A stretch of DNA of 64,000 bases from Octopus bimaculoides (Eukaryota): NCBI RefSeq assembly GCF_001194135.2, contig NC_068984.1, positions 26,279,059-26,343,058 on the forward strand. Reading direction: 5' to 3'. Made by a program: the position numbers and the translations under genes. The notes under the pieces were generated by a model, which was given only the letters and a program-made list of their open reading frames with translations, was not told the DNA's origin and made no database searches. Every line of letters begins with the position of its first letter. Position 1 is the stretch's first letter. Shown piece after piece: positions 1 through 12,213 of this stretch.

Positions 1-883
1 ATATATATGCCCATATAAATATTATATTAAATAGTGCTACGAGAAACAAATATATGATTGATAGATCGATAATAGATGCATACATGTATAGTGTGTGTGT
101 TTTCTTTCAAATACTTATGTTGCATAAAATGTACTTGAAATATACGAACATTTAACCAGTTACCAAAATACATTAACGAAATCTGATGAAATTTCTGTTG
201 GTATAGTAAGTTCTTCTGATGCATAAATGGACCCAAACATACACGTACACACAGAGGCGCACACGCACATGCATACACATGCACACACACACGCATGCAC
301 ACATACGTACAAGCGCACACGCACAATTCACATAGATATACGCATACATGCTGTTGCATAAACAAATGCTCCGAAACTAAAAGTGAAGGTACTTCCAAGA
401 ACGTGATTTTCCGACTGATTGCTGCTGTCAGGTGACTGATATATGTGCTGTTACATGAAATCTTGCTCCCTGTCCATAATAAATGTAGTTTGCTTCATTT
501 CTAAGATAAAGCTCACTAATCTGTTTTCGAAAGGCAATTTTAGTATCTCAGTCACTCAGACTTAGAAATGTTGGATTTTAACGTTGGAATATCTGTAGAA
601 TCAGAGCCATATAACAAAAAAGATGTCTTTCATACTCATCTTTTCCATTTTTCTTTCTCTATTATGGAAAATTTGTACCAAGTAGCGCACACACATCGAC
701 GAAAAAGAAAGAGATAGTTAATATGCTTATTGTACTAGGAAATTTCCATCTCCATAGAAAACCTGTGATGTTACAATACAGACCTTTTGAAGAGCAAAAT
801 GGTGAGCTGATAAAATTTGTCTATCGAAAATGCTACAATTGGGCTCAAATAAAAGCTGTTTGGCTTTAGGGTATGCGTTTCTT

Positions 884-930
884 GTCATCTGATCAATATA
901 TTGATTTCGTATGGCTTCTTCAGATCAGAC
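884..930 (-). ncRNA. Decayed type I hammerhead-like motif
   Basis: Minus strand CTGAAGA-AGCCATAC-GAAA-TCAA TATA TTGA-TC. Intact core, good stem III with palindromic loop, AUC triplet; stem II minimal and stem I partly mismatched. Confidence 0.45.
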
Positions 931-3139
931 CGAAATGAACAATATGATTAGTATATAAGAGAAAGAAAATCCTTAATATATCGTTAAATATACATTTACG
1001 TGGTTTTAAAGCTTTGTAAAGTAAAACTGCTTGAGTATTTTTCGTTTTCATTTCAAATTTTTACACACCCGAATATATACCCTGTATTGCTGGTTTCTGT
1101 AACACGCTGGTATATTTTTTTTTTACCTGTATAAAGTAGTGATTGTCTACAATTTTAGTTGTATCAATAATATTTTTAAGACAATGTGATTCCTCAGTTT
1201 CTCTGTTCGTTTCTTTGATGCCTATATCTATAACTCTTTTTAGCATGTTTTGATTATAGCTTCGTCTTCGTTCCATTGTTAAAGTTGATAAATGTATAAC
1301 ACTCGAGCAAATATCGTGACAAGCAGAATAATATTGTAGAAAATTTCTTATATTGACCTGAGGCCACAAACTTTAGAATGGATGGAGAGTCGATTTAACT
1401 GAGGCCACTACTTCATCACGACTGTACAATTCATGCTTACTGCATGTCTTTCGGACGCATGTAAGGCAAAGTTGACGTCTCAGTGATTTAATTTAGAATT
1501 TACATGAACTTAATACCAAAATAGTTCTCCGCTGGACGAAATGGGATTTAATGAAATCCCTTTCTATTCTGAATCAACTATTTTTCTTTTCTTAATTTCT
1601 CATCGATATTCTGGAATGCTTGCCGAATCTTTTGTTAAGGTATTTTAATCATAGTTCTGAAATGTCTTTCATCACGATGAATTATATATTACCATCTACT
1701 AGTGTTGTAGATATAGCCTTGTTCCTGAGCACCATATCTCTACCAGCAACCGTGCAGTGTAACAGTCTATACATGTTGCAACCCTTTAAATATTCACTCT
1801 GCTTTTGTACACACATTGTGGTTGTGGTTGCTGGGTAATCTCAAGTAAGTTCTAGGGCTACACAAAAAATAACATAGGTGACCCATGGCCAAATGTGTTC
1901 CAGCCATGACCTTTTTTCAACTCTAGACTACGTTATCATCTTTAAAGGCGGTTGGGTTTGATTTGGGGGAGATTTGAAGAATCTTTCTTGCAGGTCAAAC
2001 GTCTAAGTGGAAGCTCTGTTATTAGCTTAGTCTGCCTGTTGATTCTAGCGGTGATTATAACTGAGCCAGAAAAGTGGGCTCGCTCAGGGTGTGACACTTG
2101 CTGTTTCTCTTATCACAGGTGTAGTGGATCCCAGTACATTGTTTGAGGTTAGTGAACTTATACTCCTGATTTGCACCAGTGCAGATGTTTTTTTTTTGTA
2201 TTTGTCTCCACAAACTGAGAAAGAATGTGTTTTGAAGATGTTGTAGTGGCCCGATGTGCTGCAAATATGAACATTTGTTTGGGGCTGATTGTGCAAGTAG
2301 TGGCAAGGATTGTGAGGCTAGATCTTGCTGCGAAAACAAATTATATAATGTCTCTTAAGTTCAGTTTTGTATCTTAGATTTTTTTCTGACTTTTCTGCCT
2401 TTCATTAAGTTTGTTTTTTTCTTTATTTGCGCTTTACTTCATGATTCCGTCAATTATGTTAATTCCTTTCAATAATTTAACGAGTTTGTTCTATGGAAGT
2501 TGGATTCCTTTGAAGTCGATCCTTTTCCTTTTAACAATCATAACACACTTTCTAATACTGGACTGTTTCCCAGAATTTCTTTTGAATACACTCACAGACA
2601 TTACAGACTGTATCAAATATGATTCATGGCCAACATATGGTATTTTTCCACTTACACTACATTTTCACTTCGTTCATTCTATTGTATTATAGAGTCTGTA
2701 AGAATGACGTGATTAAAAATTAAAGCGGAGGTGATGGATGATCATAGAAGATATCACTCTTATTTTAAATTCGTCCAGCACTATTTAACATCTGTCAGTA
2801 TACTTCATATAACAAATTCTAGTTTCTTTTCTATTTTTCTTTATATATATATACAATAGTGAATATTATTAGGTATTTCCGAATAGAGGTTTATTTCATA
2901 TACCTCAAGTAGTCAATCCAAAATCTGATACTTTTCCCAGTTTCTGAGGATTTCTGAATGATGCAAAGGAACAAATACAGAGGGGTTAATCCGTTAATCA
3001 TTATTTGCGTAGGAACTTCTGTGTCTCAGATAATAATTGTTCTATTTCCATATGTCTTGCATCTAAGTTTCTTCAGCCATCAACTCCGTTACTAGACTTG
3101 ACATTATTTGTAAACTAAGTAATCACGTTTTTCCTTCTT

Positions 3140-3430
3140 TCACCGTCGCCATGTATCGTACGTCTGCAGTGCATTGATGTTACTACAATGAAAGTCTTCC
3201 CGATTAAGTACGAGTTCTCCAGCTGCCTTACCACTCTTGTCCAACCGACTCGTGATATTGTCCATCCATTGCGTTCTTTGCGGGCCTCTTGATCTACAAC
3301 CCTCCACTCTTCCTTCCTTGGTAATGTCTTGCAGACCTCTGCTTATTCGAATATGCCGACAATACATGAGCTTTTGTTTCATCACAACGTTCAGGGGTTG
3401 TCGTCTTTCACCTACTTTTTGTAACACCCA
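3140..3430 (-). mobile_element. RTE/BovB-like LINE 3' fragment
   Basis: ORF KQKLMYCRHI...EGRVEGCRSRGPQRTQWMDNI matches the RTE ORF2 C-terminal pattern (KRKL.YFGHI, EG.VEG.R.RGRP..W.DNI). Confidence 0.8.
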
Positions 3431-3463
3431 TTCATTCGTCCTTCATTAGCTAAACAATAATAA

Positions 3464-3782
3464 CTGTTGTGTCTGGAGAGAGTCATTCTCTTTTAGTGCC
3501 TTATAATTTAACACTCTCACCGGTAAAATTTCCACTTATTTCTTTTTTATTTTTTTAAATTTTCGTTGCGTCTTGCAACCTTTTCAATAGTTTTGACTAT
3601 TGAAAAGGTTGCAAGACGCAACGAAAATTTTAGAAAGATAAAAAAGAGATAAATAGAAATTTTACCGGTGAGTGTGTTAAATTATAAGGCACTAAAAGAG
3701 AATGACTCTCCCCAGACACAACAGAATATGCTTCAATACACGAACTCACATAAAGAATCTTACAAACCAAATCCCAAAACGA
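3464..3782. mobile_element. Fold-back element: 261-bp near-perfect palindrome (3464-3724) plus unique tail, flanked by a 12-bp direct repeat
   Basis: Inner 35-bp perfect stem around 4-nt loop TTTG (3592-3595); outer 69-bp arms with 2 mismatches; AATAATAACTGT at 3456-3467 and 3783-3794. Confidence 0.85.
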
Positions 3783-4314
3783 AATAATAACTGTGTTTTT
3801 TCTGAAACTGGAGTGTAATTCTCCTTTTATTGATTGTTATTTTTGTTAAGGTTGTAGTTTATTTTGATTTTGTCCTTTTCAAATTTATCTTTAATTCTTG
3901 TATCCGTCTTTTCCTTTCCAACTGATTCCACTTGAAATTCTGGTAAATTTTTGTGCAGACAAAGCTGGACATATTTCTTTGCTTGTTCAATGTACATTGT
4001 AATATCAGCAGAAAGCGCATGGCCTTTCTATTTGATAGTATCTCAACAGATGTTTTATAGTTTTGTGATTCTGTGTCATACTCACAGAGGGCGACGCTGG
4101 AGGAGTTGTATTCCTATTCGTGTCCAATTTCCACTATATCCAATTTATATCCACAATACAGTCGGTAATCATCCATTTGCCGCCATTTCAGCTGTACTGA
4201 GTGTGGTGCTTATTGTTTCGTCCTTCCTCGGGGGGTTATTCCTCATTTGCCTGAAGTTCATGGACAAAGTTCAGTTATTGCTAAAATTCACCTTCATTAT
4301 TTTAAAACATTCTT

Positions 4315-4515
4315 GGTGGTGAGTTGACAGAATCGTTACCGCGCCGGATAAAATGATTGGAGGTACTTCTTCCGGTTTTACATTCTGAGTTCAAATACCA
4401 CCGAAGTCCTTTCGGGGTCGATGAAATAAGAATCGATTGAGCACTGGGATTGATGTATTGACTAACCCACGTCCATCAAAATTTCCAGGCCTTCGCTACT
4501 AGTAGAAAAGTCTAT
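4315..4515 (+). mobile_element. tRNA-derived SINE with Deu/Nin-like domain (family N)
   Basis: Head GGTGGTGAGTTGACAGAATCG, B box GAGTTCAAAT, CTTTCGGGGTCGATGAAATAAG domain; small internal deletion. Confidence 0.8.
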
Positions 4516-4699
4516 TTTTAAAGCCTTTAAAGGTAGGGGATTGGCAGAATCGGAAGAAAATAAGAAAAATTGCATTCTTGTAATTTCAGTTACGAAACTT
4601 TACACTCTGAGTTAAATTGCTGTCAAGGTCAAGTCTGGCTTTCAGCATTCAAGTGTCGCGAAAAAAACATCAGTTAAATACTGGCTTCATGCATGTGTT

Positions 4700-5086
4700 G
4701 TGGAGGCGCAGTGGCCCAGTGGTTAGGGTAGCGGACTCGCGGTCATAGGATCGCGGTTTCGATTCCCAGACCGGGCGTTGTGAGTGTTTATTGAGCGAAA
4801 ACACCTAAAGCTCCACGAGGCTCCGACAGGGGATGGTGGCGAGCCCTGCTGTACTCTTTCGCCACAACTTTCTCGCACTCTTACTTCCTGTTTCTGTTGT
4901 GCCTGTAATTCAAAGGGCCAGCCTTGTCACACTGTGTCACGCTGAATATCCCCGAGAACAACGTTAAGGGTACACGTGTCTGTGGAGTGCTCAGCCACTT
5001 GCAAGTTAATTTCAAGAGCAGGCTGTTCCGTTGATCGGATCAACTGGAACCCCCGACATCGTAAGCGACGGAGTGCCAACAACAAC
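4700..5086 (+). mobile_element. tRNA(Arg)-like SINE, full length (family R; OR-type)
   Basis: tRNA-like head GGAGGCGCAGTGGCCCAGTGGTTAGG...GGTTTCGATTCCC, ~385 bp, (CAA)n tail; near-identical copies at 24822 and 52544. Confidence 0.9.
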
Positions 5087-5852
5087 ATGCATGTGTCAAT
5101 AAATATTTTCTATTCCTTCAACTCGATTCATTGCTTTACTTCTTCCGTACATTTCCTTTCGTCATAGCAAAGTACATAAGGCTGATTGTAGTGTTCTCCT
5201 TAATCACCGACGTTACTTTTTTTTTCCAGGTATACTTTTAATATCATTATTTTAAAATATAATCCTCTCAGGTAAACAATCACTGATACTTTTAGTAGGT
5301 GGGGCACACATTCAAGGAAAATTGCCAACCAAATCTCAAGGGGCCTTCTTACATTTTAAGCAGACTGATTTTACCAGATCATCATTTTACTTTTACAAGG
5401 TCTGTATTGTAGCGTCCTGGGATTTCTATGGAAGAAGAGATACCTTCCTATGGCGTAATAAACATGTCAAATTTCTCAGTTTAGTCTTATTCAAATGTGT
5501 ATGGGATCTTATCGTATTAATTTCCTGCTAATCTCATTTTAAAATGATTTTGGAAATTTAGTATTCGACAACGCAGTGTATTGTATCTATGTTATAGGTA
5601 TTACACAACTGGAAAGTGAAAATATTTACGTGTCAGTCTTGCGATTAGACACAATCGCATGGTCACACGGTTTATTCTTGCTGAGTTTATTTTGACCTGA
5701 TAGTGACCAGTTTTCCTTACATACAGAAAAGAATATTTGAAAATCGTTTTAATGATCGATTTTTGCACCCCTTGTGAATGATATTTGATGTTTGTTGAAG
5801 TTAATTTCACACTTGCTTAATAATATAGAAATCCCCTTCCTCCCTTTCCTAC

Positions 5853-6087
5853 CCTTCCTCCTCTTCTTCTTCTTCTTCCTTTTCTTCTTCCTTTTCTTCT
5901 TCCTCCTCCTCCTCCTCCTCCTCCTCCTCCTCATCATCATCATCATCATCATCCCCATCACAATCATAATCACCCACCACCACCACCACCACCACCATCA
6001 CCACCNNNNNNNNNNNNNNNNNNNNNNNNNNNNNNNNNNNNNNNNNNNNNNNNNNNNNNNNNNNNNNNNNNNNNNNNNNNNNNNNNN

Positions 6088-6158
<71 letters not shown>

Positions 6159-6175
6159 CAACCACCACCATCATT
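5853..6175. repeat. Compound in-phase trinucleotide array (CTT>CCT>CAT>CAC, gap, CGT>CAT>CAC)
   Basis: Directly visible. Confidence 0.95.
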
Positions 6176-6200
6176 ATTGTTGTGTTTATTATTATCATTA

Positions 6201-6390
6201 CTTGGTAGAATTGTTAGCACGCCGGACAAAATGCTGTGCGTCCTGAGTTCAAATTCCTCCGTGATCGACTTTGCCTTTCATCATTTCGCGGTCGATAAAA
6301 TAAGTACAAGTCAAGTACTGAGGTCAATGTAATCGACCAGCTCCCTTTCCCAATATTTCAGGCCTTATGCCTATAACAGAAAGGATTATT
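6201..6390 (+). mobile_element. SINE family N
   Basis: GTTAGCACGCCGG...GAGTTCAAATT...TTTGCCTTTCATC...GGTCGATAAAATAAGTAC. Confidence 0.85.
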
Positions 6391-6510
6391 ATTATTATTA
6401 CCGTTGTTGTTGTTGATGTTGTTTAACACAGCAAAGAACGCATCAGCTGTGCATAACTATTAGACTAAGGTAACATTCTTCAGGTTAATAATAACGAATA
6501 TGATTATTAC

Positions 6511-6707
6511 GGCAGCGAGCTGTCATAATCGTTTGCGAGTCGAACAAAATGCTAATCGGCATTTAACGTTCTGAGCTCAAATGCTGCCAAGGTCAGCTTT
6601 GCCTTTCATCCTTTCGAGGTCGATAAAATAACGTGCCAGTCAAATGATGGGCTCAATGTAGTCGACTTTCTCCATTCCCTAAAATTGCTGACCAGAAATT
6701 AGAAGAA
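6511..6707 (+). mobile_element. SINE family N (older copy)
   Basis: Same head and TTTGCCTTTCATCCTTTCGAGGTCGATAAAAT domain. Confidence 0.8.
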
Positions 6708-8510
6708 TTATTATTGTTATTGTTGCAATGATGAGAATAACTACACATTCTACAAAAACCGCTGCTCGGTAATTTTTTCCTCCTCGTTTCTGCTCCTCTC
6801 AGCACTTCTTTTTGTGTCCAGCACCCACAAGCTCCGCACAAATCCCTACCACAAATCCCTTCATCATAGAAAATCATCACTCTAGAATTCCCTTCTTGCT
6901 CATTCTATTCCTACATGTGTTGATTTACGAATGTTTAAAAGAAATAAAGAATGTTAATGGCACCAATCTCACCGGTTTATGAGGACCTGCAAAAGCCTTC
7001 AGTCCCATCAAGTAGAATTTAAAAAACCCCAGAAAAATACATTATCAACAAAGAAAAGAAAAATTCACATCATCAATGAAAGAATGCCCCCACCATCACC
7101 TCTGCTGAAACTCCATTTAGAACATTTATAAATTATACATATAAACCATAACAAACCATATACATGCACGCATACATATATACATACATACATATATAAA
7201 TACATGCATGCATGCATACATACATACATATACATTTAAAACAGAGTAGAAAATAACCCTACCACATTGAAAGTGAAAGTAAAACGTAACTGCAGAATAG
7301 CAACATATATTGTCCTGAAGTATAGTATCTTTTAGAGTAATCTTTAAAATAGACACTTGATACAGCTCACACATACTTATTTAATGTATTTTGTAAATAT
7401 AAAGGTTTATCTGATAAAAGTGTATGGCGAGGAAAATACAATAGATGAGGCGGTTTATGGTGTTTTCTCCGGACGAACAAAAATGCAAGAATTTTAGGCG
7501 AATGGGGACATGAAATCTGACAGTCATTTTGTTCTCCTGGGGATAATTGATAAAAATGATATGTAGTAGCTATTTATTAACAGATAATCAAACATGATTG
7601 AGGCTTGTTTTGTCGGACTGTTTCTTTCGCCCTATCCATAATATTGGTAATTAGCAATTCTTTTATTGGTGTATGTACTCTTTTAGCGTGAAATTACGGT
7701 TACCAAAATAGACTCATGGTCACAAGTTAAGGAAGAAGAAGCAGCCGGTTACATCGCCTCCAAGATTTCAATCGTACTGAAGTCAAGAATAAGGATTTCT
7801 AATATTTGGTGTAATATAATCAAACGACAGAAGAGCTTAAAGAACGTATGTTGTAGCACACTATACCTGTTGTCATAGAAACATTTCATCCTTTCCTCAA
7901 CTGAATTCTATAATCTTACTTTAAAAGCAGTACCATTTTTTATTGGTGATATTTGCAGCAATTTAGAGACATTATCTCATTGTGTGTTATTGTCTCACAA
8001 ACGTGTTTCTCCATTGAAATTCTAAGAACCATTTCTATTACTACACCTGCTACTAAAGCATCTGTCACTATTGCAATATCTATGATAGACATTAACTCAT
8101 TCGACCATATCCAGATATTGCAATATATATTGTCATTTAAAATTGTTTTGTCATTGTAAGTTTCTATGAAAACATCTACTGCCATCTACAATTTTATCAT
8201 CACAAGTTATTATGGCAATACTTATTGTTATTTAAAATCTTTTTATTACAACTTCTGTTACTAAAGTAACATTATAATTTGTCATTTTTTAGTCTTGTCA
8301 CATAGACAACATCTCTTATAATGGTGTATCTTTTGAAGGGTGACATTTATCACTACATGCAACCATAAACATCAAAGGTGACCAATGAATATATAGTCCA
8401 GATAAAATGAATAAAAGGGTAAGAGAATTTGATGGGCATATATGATGAACGACCAGAACAGAATTAACAGAGGGTATCAATAGATAATTAATAAATCAAT
8501 ATAGTATTTT

Positions 8511-8519
8511 GCTTACCTG
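8511..8519 (-). promoter_or_regulatory. 5' splice donor CAG|GTAAGC ending the coding exon
   Basis: Plus strand gcttacctg at 8511-8519; composition drops to AT-rich intron-like DNA immediately after. Confidence 0.85.
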
Positions 8520-9198
8520 ATGTTTTTGATGTGATGTTGGTTGTGGCTGATTGCATGGCTAATGAAACGGGGTGGATGGCGGAGAAAGGGGTGGCGTAAC
8601 TGGAGGAATTGATGGAATCACAATACGGTACAGAATTGGCACCTCCACCAACGATGCTATGTCCAGAAACGTGTCCAGCGACACCTGAGCCAATACCACC
8701 ACCGGCACCACCACTGCCGCCGCCTCCACCGTCACTTGCACCGTTTCCACCGCCTCCACCTCCACCACCACCGCCTCCTCCGCCACCGACACCACCGTTG
8801 GTCATGCTCTTCACCGTCGACAGCATACTTCCTGTCATCACGGAGGACAGCGGTCCGGCCACTTGCGACGCTGAGTTGGCGGCATTTGTAAAGTACTCCT
8901 GTGCCACCACCGAGTCTCTTGACGATAAAAAGTTCGCGGCCGCGGCCGCTGCACAACTCCCGTTAAGTCCTCCGTTCAGGTTCATGGATAAGTTTGACGT
9001 ACCATGGTGGAAACCCCATTCGGATGCTGCTTGGTGAGCTGAATATCCAAGTCCACTGTTTCCCAGTCCAGCAGCTCCGTACATGGAAGAAAACGGCGTT
9101 TGTCTTTGGAAAGACTGTGCCAAACCATATGTCGTTGGGAATGTGGCGGGATAATGGTGCAGTGCCGGGGCATTCATTCCGTACATCCGTTGATCCAT
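8517..9198 (-). CDS. Post2: Probable first coding exon of a homeobox transcription factor, most likely posterior Hox Post2 (homeobox exon not seen in window)
   Basis: GC-rich ORF MDQRMYGMNAP...TPFSSMYG...SEWGF...CAAAAAANF...QEYFTNA...(Gly)14...TSKTS in AT-rich DNA. In-frame TAA two codons before the ATG. Ends at CAG|GTAAGC (GT at 8516-8515), a phase-1 intron. Gene name rests on recalled similarity to annelid/mollusc Post2 N-termini (MxQRxYxM, P[FL]SSMYG, WG[FY]); not confirmed by search. The exon itself is well supported (~0.9); the stated confidence is for the Post2 identity. Confidence 0.6.
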
Positions 9199-9574
9199 TT
9201 CTTAAGGCAATATTTGAATGTATTTATGTTTTTTTTTGTGTGTGTGTACTTATTAGGCACGTATATTTTTCCTTTTCAAATATATTAAAAATCTATGATA
9301 AATTATAACTTATAATAACTATGGAATTAATCATATATAAATATAAATACATACATAATACCACACACGTCATATATTTATATATGTTAGTGCGTACGTA
9401 TGTATGTATTTATAAATGTGTTTATGAACGTTTGTATATATTCATGTATCTATATATTTTTTTTACACAAGTATCGTAGTAGTTTTAAATTCAAAACTAT
9501 ATTCCTCAATAAAAGTAAAACATACTCGCACATGCATGTTTATTAAAATGTGTATTTACATTTAGTGTTGTGTG

Positions 9575-9630
<56 letters not shown>

Positions 9631-9946
9631 CATGTGCATGTATTTATACGTAGGCATGCATCTATGTGAGTAAATATAAATAAATATATATAAATATGTA
9701 ATGACAGACAAGCAGACGTACAGATACACACACGCACACAAACACGCAAATCAGAATTACCAGTAAAAGAATGTTATGTGAAGCAATTTCTGTCTGAATA
9801 GAGTATGCTGTTGTTTTTGTTATTGTTGCTGCTGCTACTAGTGTTGTTTACATATTTGAAATGATGATTCCGCCAATCTTAAACCAACCGAGATTCATGC
9901 ATAGAAACCTTAACTCTTACATATACAAACATTTAGAGACACAGCA

Positions 9947-10001
<55 letters not shown>

Positions 10002-10156
10002 CAGTTATGTACACAGAGAAGCACAGAAATATATGGAAACACAAGAGTAGTTTGTATGCATTCGAAGAATTTCAAACTTTTCTTAATAAATACAATAAAA
10101 AAACAAACAAACAAACATATGAAACTTCCTGACTTATAAAAACAACAGCAGCAGCT

Positions 10157-10193
<37 letters not shown>

Positions 10194-10973
10194 TACTATT
10201 ATTATTTACAGTAATAAATATGCAAAATATGAAATGATTGTGAATGTTTCGATTTTACGAATGTATGTGCGTATGATTGTGAGGTTATTTGTTTAATGAT
10301 GAATGTAAATGGTGTTTTTTTAATGAAGTTAAAATCAATAAATAACACTAAAATAAAAGATGGTTTGTAAGTAAATCTGTTTGTTACCTTACAAGTGTCA
10401 AACCAGGTTGAAACAGGCTAAATGTGTGTGTGTGTGTGTGTGTACGTGGTTGTTTATTCCGCAAACGATTATGGAAACTTATGTGCAAGTACGCAAGCTA
10501 AGAAATAGCAACATCGTACATGTGAACAGGTACTTGTAGTAATAAACATCATTGACATCTGTGTTTGGTGCCATCAAACTTGTCGGTTCCGAGTTTGTAA
10601 AATTATTATTCAGTGATATCGGTTTCAGAGAAATACGAGGTAGCAACGAGTGTGAAAAAAAAACAACAAAAAACAAACAAAAACTTTCCGAAAAAACTTT
10701 CAGTAAAATGCGTTTTCTTTTTTTTTGGAAAAAAAAAAAATGTTAAAAATAGAAATGACGGATAAAATATAAAATAAAACTCTTCTTTATCATAGAAGGG
10801 TGCGTAATGTTGTTAAAAGCATAAGACTTCTCCTCCTCATCCTTGTGATTATGGGAAAGCCTTCTTGTTTATCTGCAATCATCACAGTGGGAGAACGGTA
10901 AAGATAGATATCCCTCAGGCTATCCGCACATATATAAACAGACGCTCACCTACACATACGTGTGTCTTGTGCA

Positions 10974-11032
<59 letters not shown>

Positions 11033-11675
11033 CCAGATATTTTCTTTTCGCNNNNNNNNNNNNNNNNNNNNNNNNNNNNNNNNNNNNNNNNNNNNNNNNN
11101 NNNNNNNNNNNNNNNNNNNNNNNNNNNNNNNNNNNNNNNNNNNNNNNNNNNNNNNNNNNNNNNNNNNNNNNNNNNNNNNNNNNNNNNNNNNNNNNNNNNN
11201 NNNNNNNNNNNNNNNNNNNNNNNNNNNNNNNNNNNNNNNNNNNNNNNNNNNNNNNNNNNNNNNNNNNNNNNNNNNNNNNNNNNNNNNNNNNNNNNNNNNN
11301 NNNNNNNNNNNNNNNNNNNNNNNNNNNNNNNNNNNNNNNNNNNNNNNNNNNNNNNNNNNNNNNNNNNNNNNNNNNNNNNNNNNNNNNNNNNNNNNNNNNN
11401 NNNNNNNNNNNNNNNNNNNNNNNNNNNNNNNNNNNNNNNNNNNNNNNNNNNNNNNNNNNNNNNNNNNNNNNNNNNNNNNNNNNNNNNNNNNNNNNNNNNN
11501 NNNNNNNNNNNNNNNNNNNNNNNNNNNNNNNNNNNNNNNNNNNNNNNNNNNNNNNNNNNNNNNNNNNNNGAGGAGGAGGTGAGGGTGGGGCATTGGCTGG
11601 TTGAGGGGTGTTGTGGAGGAGATTCGTCTGAAGGCTGGTGGTGAGAACGTGAGCTGAAATGATTAGGATAATAAT

Positions 11676-11720
11676 GGGAGGGAGGGCGGAGGGGGGAGGG
11701 AGAGAAAGAAGAAGAAGAAG

Positions 11721-11752
<32 letters not shown>

Positions 11753-12181
11753 GTAGTAGAAGAAGAAGAAGTAGTAGTAGAAGAAGAAGAAGAAGTACTA
11801 GTTGAAGAAGAAAAAGAAGTAGTAGTAGCAGAAGAAGAAGAAGAAGAAGAAGAAGAAGAAGAAAAAGAAGAAGAAAAAGAAGAAGTAGTAGAAGAAAAGA
11901 AGAAGAAGAAGCAGTAGGAGGAGAAGAAGAAGAAAAAGAAGAAGAAGAGGAAGTAGAAGAAGAAGAAGAAGAAGAAGAAGAAAAAGAAAAAGAAGAAGAA
12001 AAAGAAGAAGAAGAAGAAGCAGTAGGAGGAGAAGAAGAAGAAGAAGAAGAAGAAGAAGAAGAAGCAGTAGGAGGAGAAGAAGAAGAAGAAGAAGAAGAAG
12101 AAGAAGAAGAAGAAGAAGAAGAAGAAGCAGTAGGAGGAGAAGAAGAAGAAGAAGAAGAAGAAGAAGAAGAAGAAAAAGAAG

Positions 12182-12213
<32 letters not shown>

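Noticed and set aside
1990-3070. Coding-like minus-strand stretch with Penelope-like hints (KIPYVGHES; SETGKSIRFWIDYLRY)
   Set aside because: Many stops, and the motif order is opposite to RT-then-GIY-YIG; cannot be supported without a search.
4700-4780. tRNA-like sequence (also 13874, 22871, 23674, 25135-25213, 52865-52940)
   Set aside because: SINE heads: they continue into SINE bodies and lack a proper acceptor stem and Pol III terminator.
5749-6229. Poly-Asp/Glu, poly-Leu, poly-His ORFs
   Set aside because: Translations of trinucleotide microsatellites in all frames.
1-8516. Search for the downstream homeobox exon and for Hox-linked miR-10
   Set aside because: No WFQNRR-type frame in this interval and no TACCCTGTAGATCCGAATTTGT match noticed anywhere in the window by eye; absence not computationally verified.
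8609-9037. 142-aa Pro-rich ORF on the plus strand
   Set aside because: Antisense shadow of the Gly-rich codons of the minus-strand exon.
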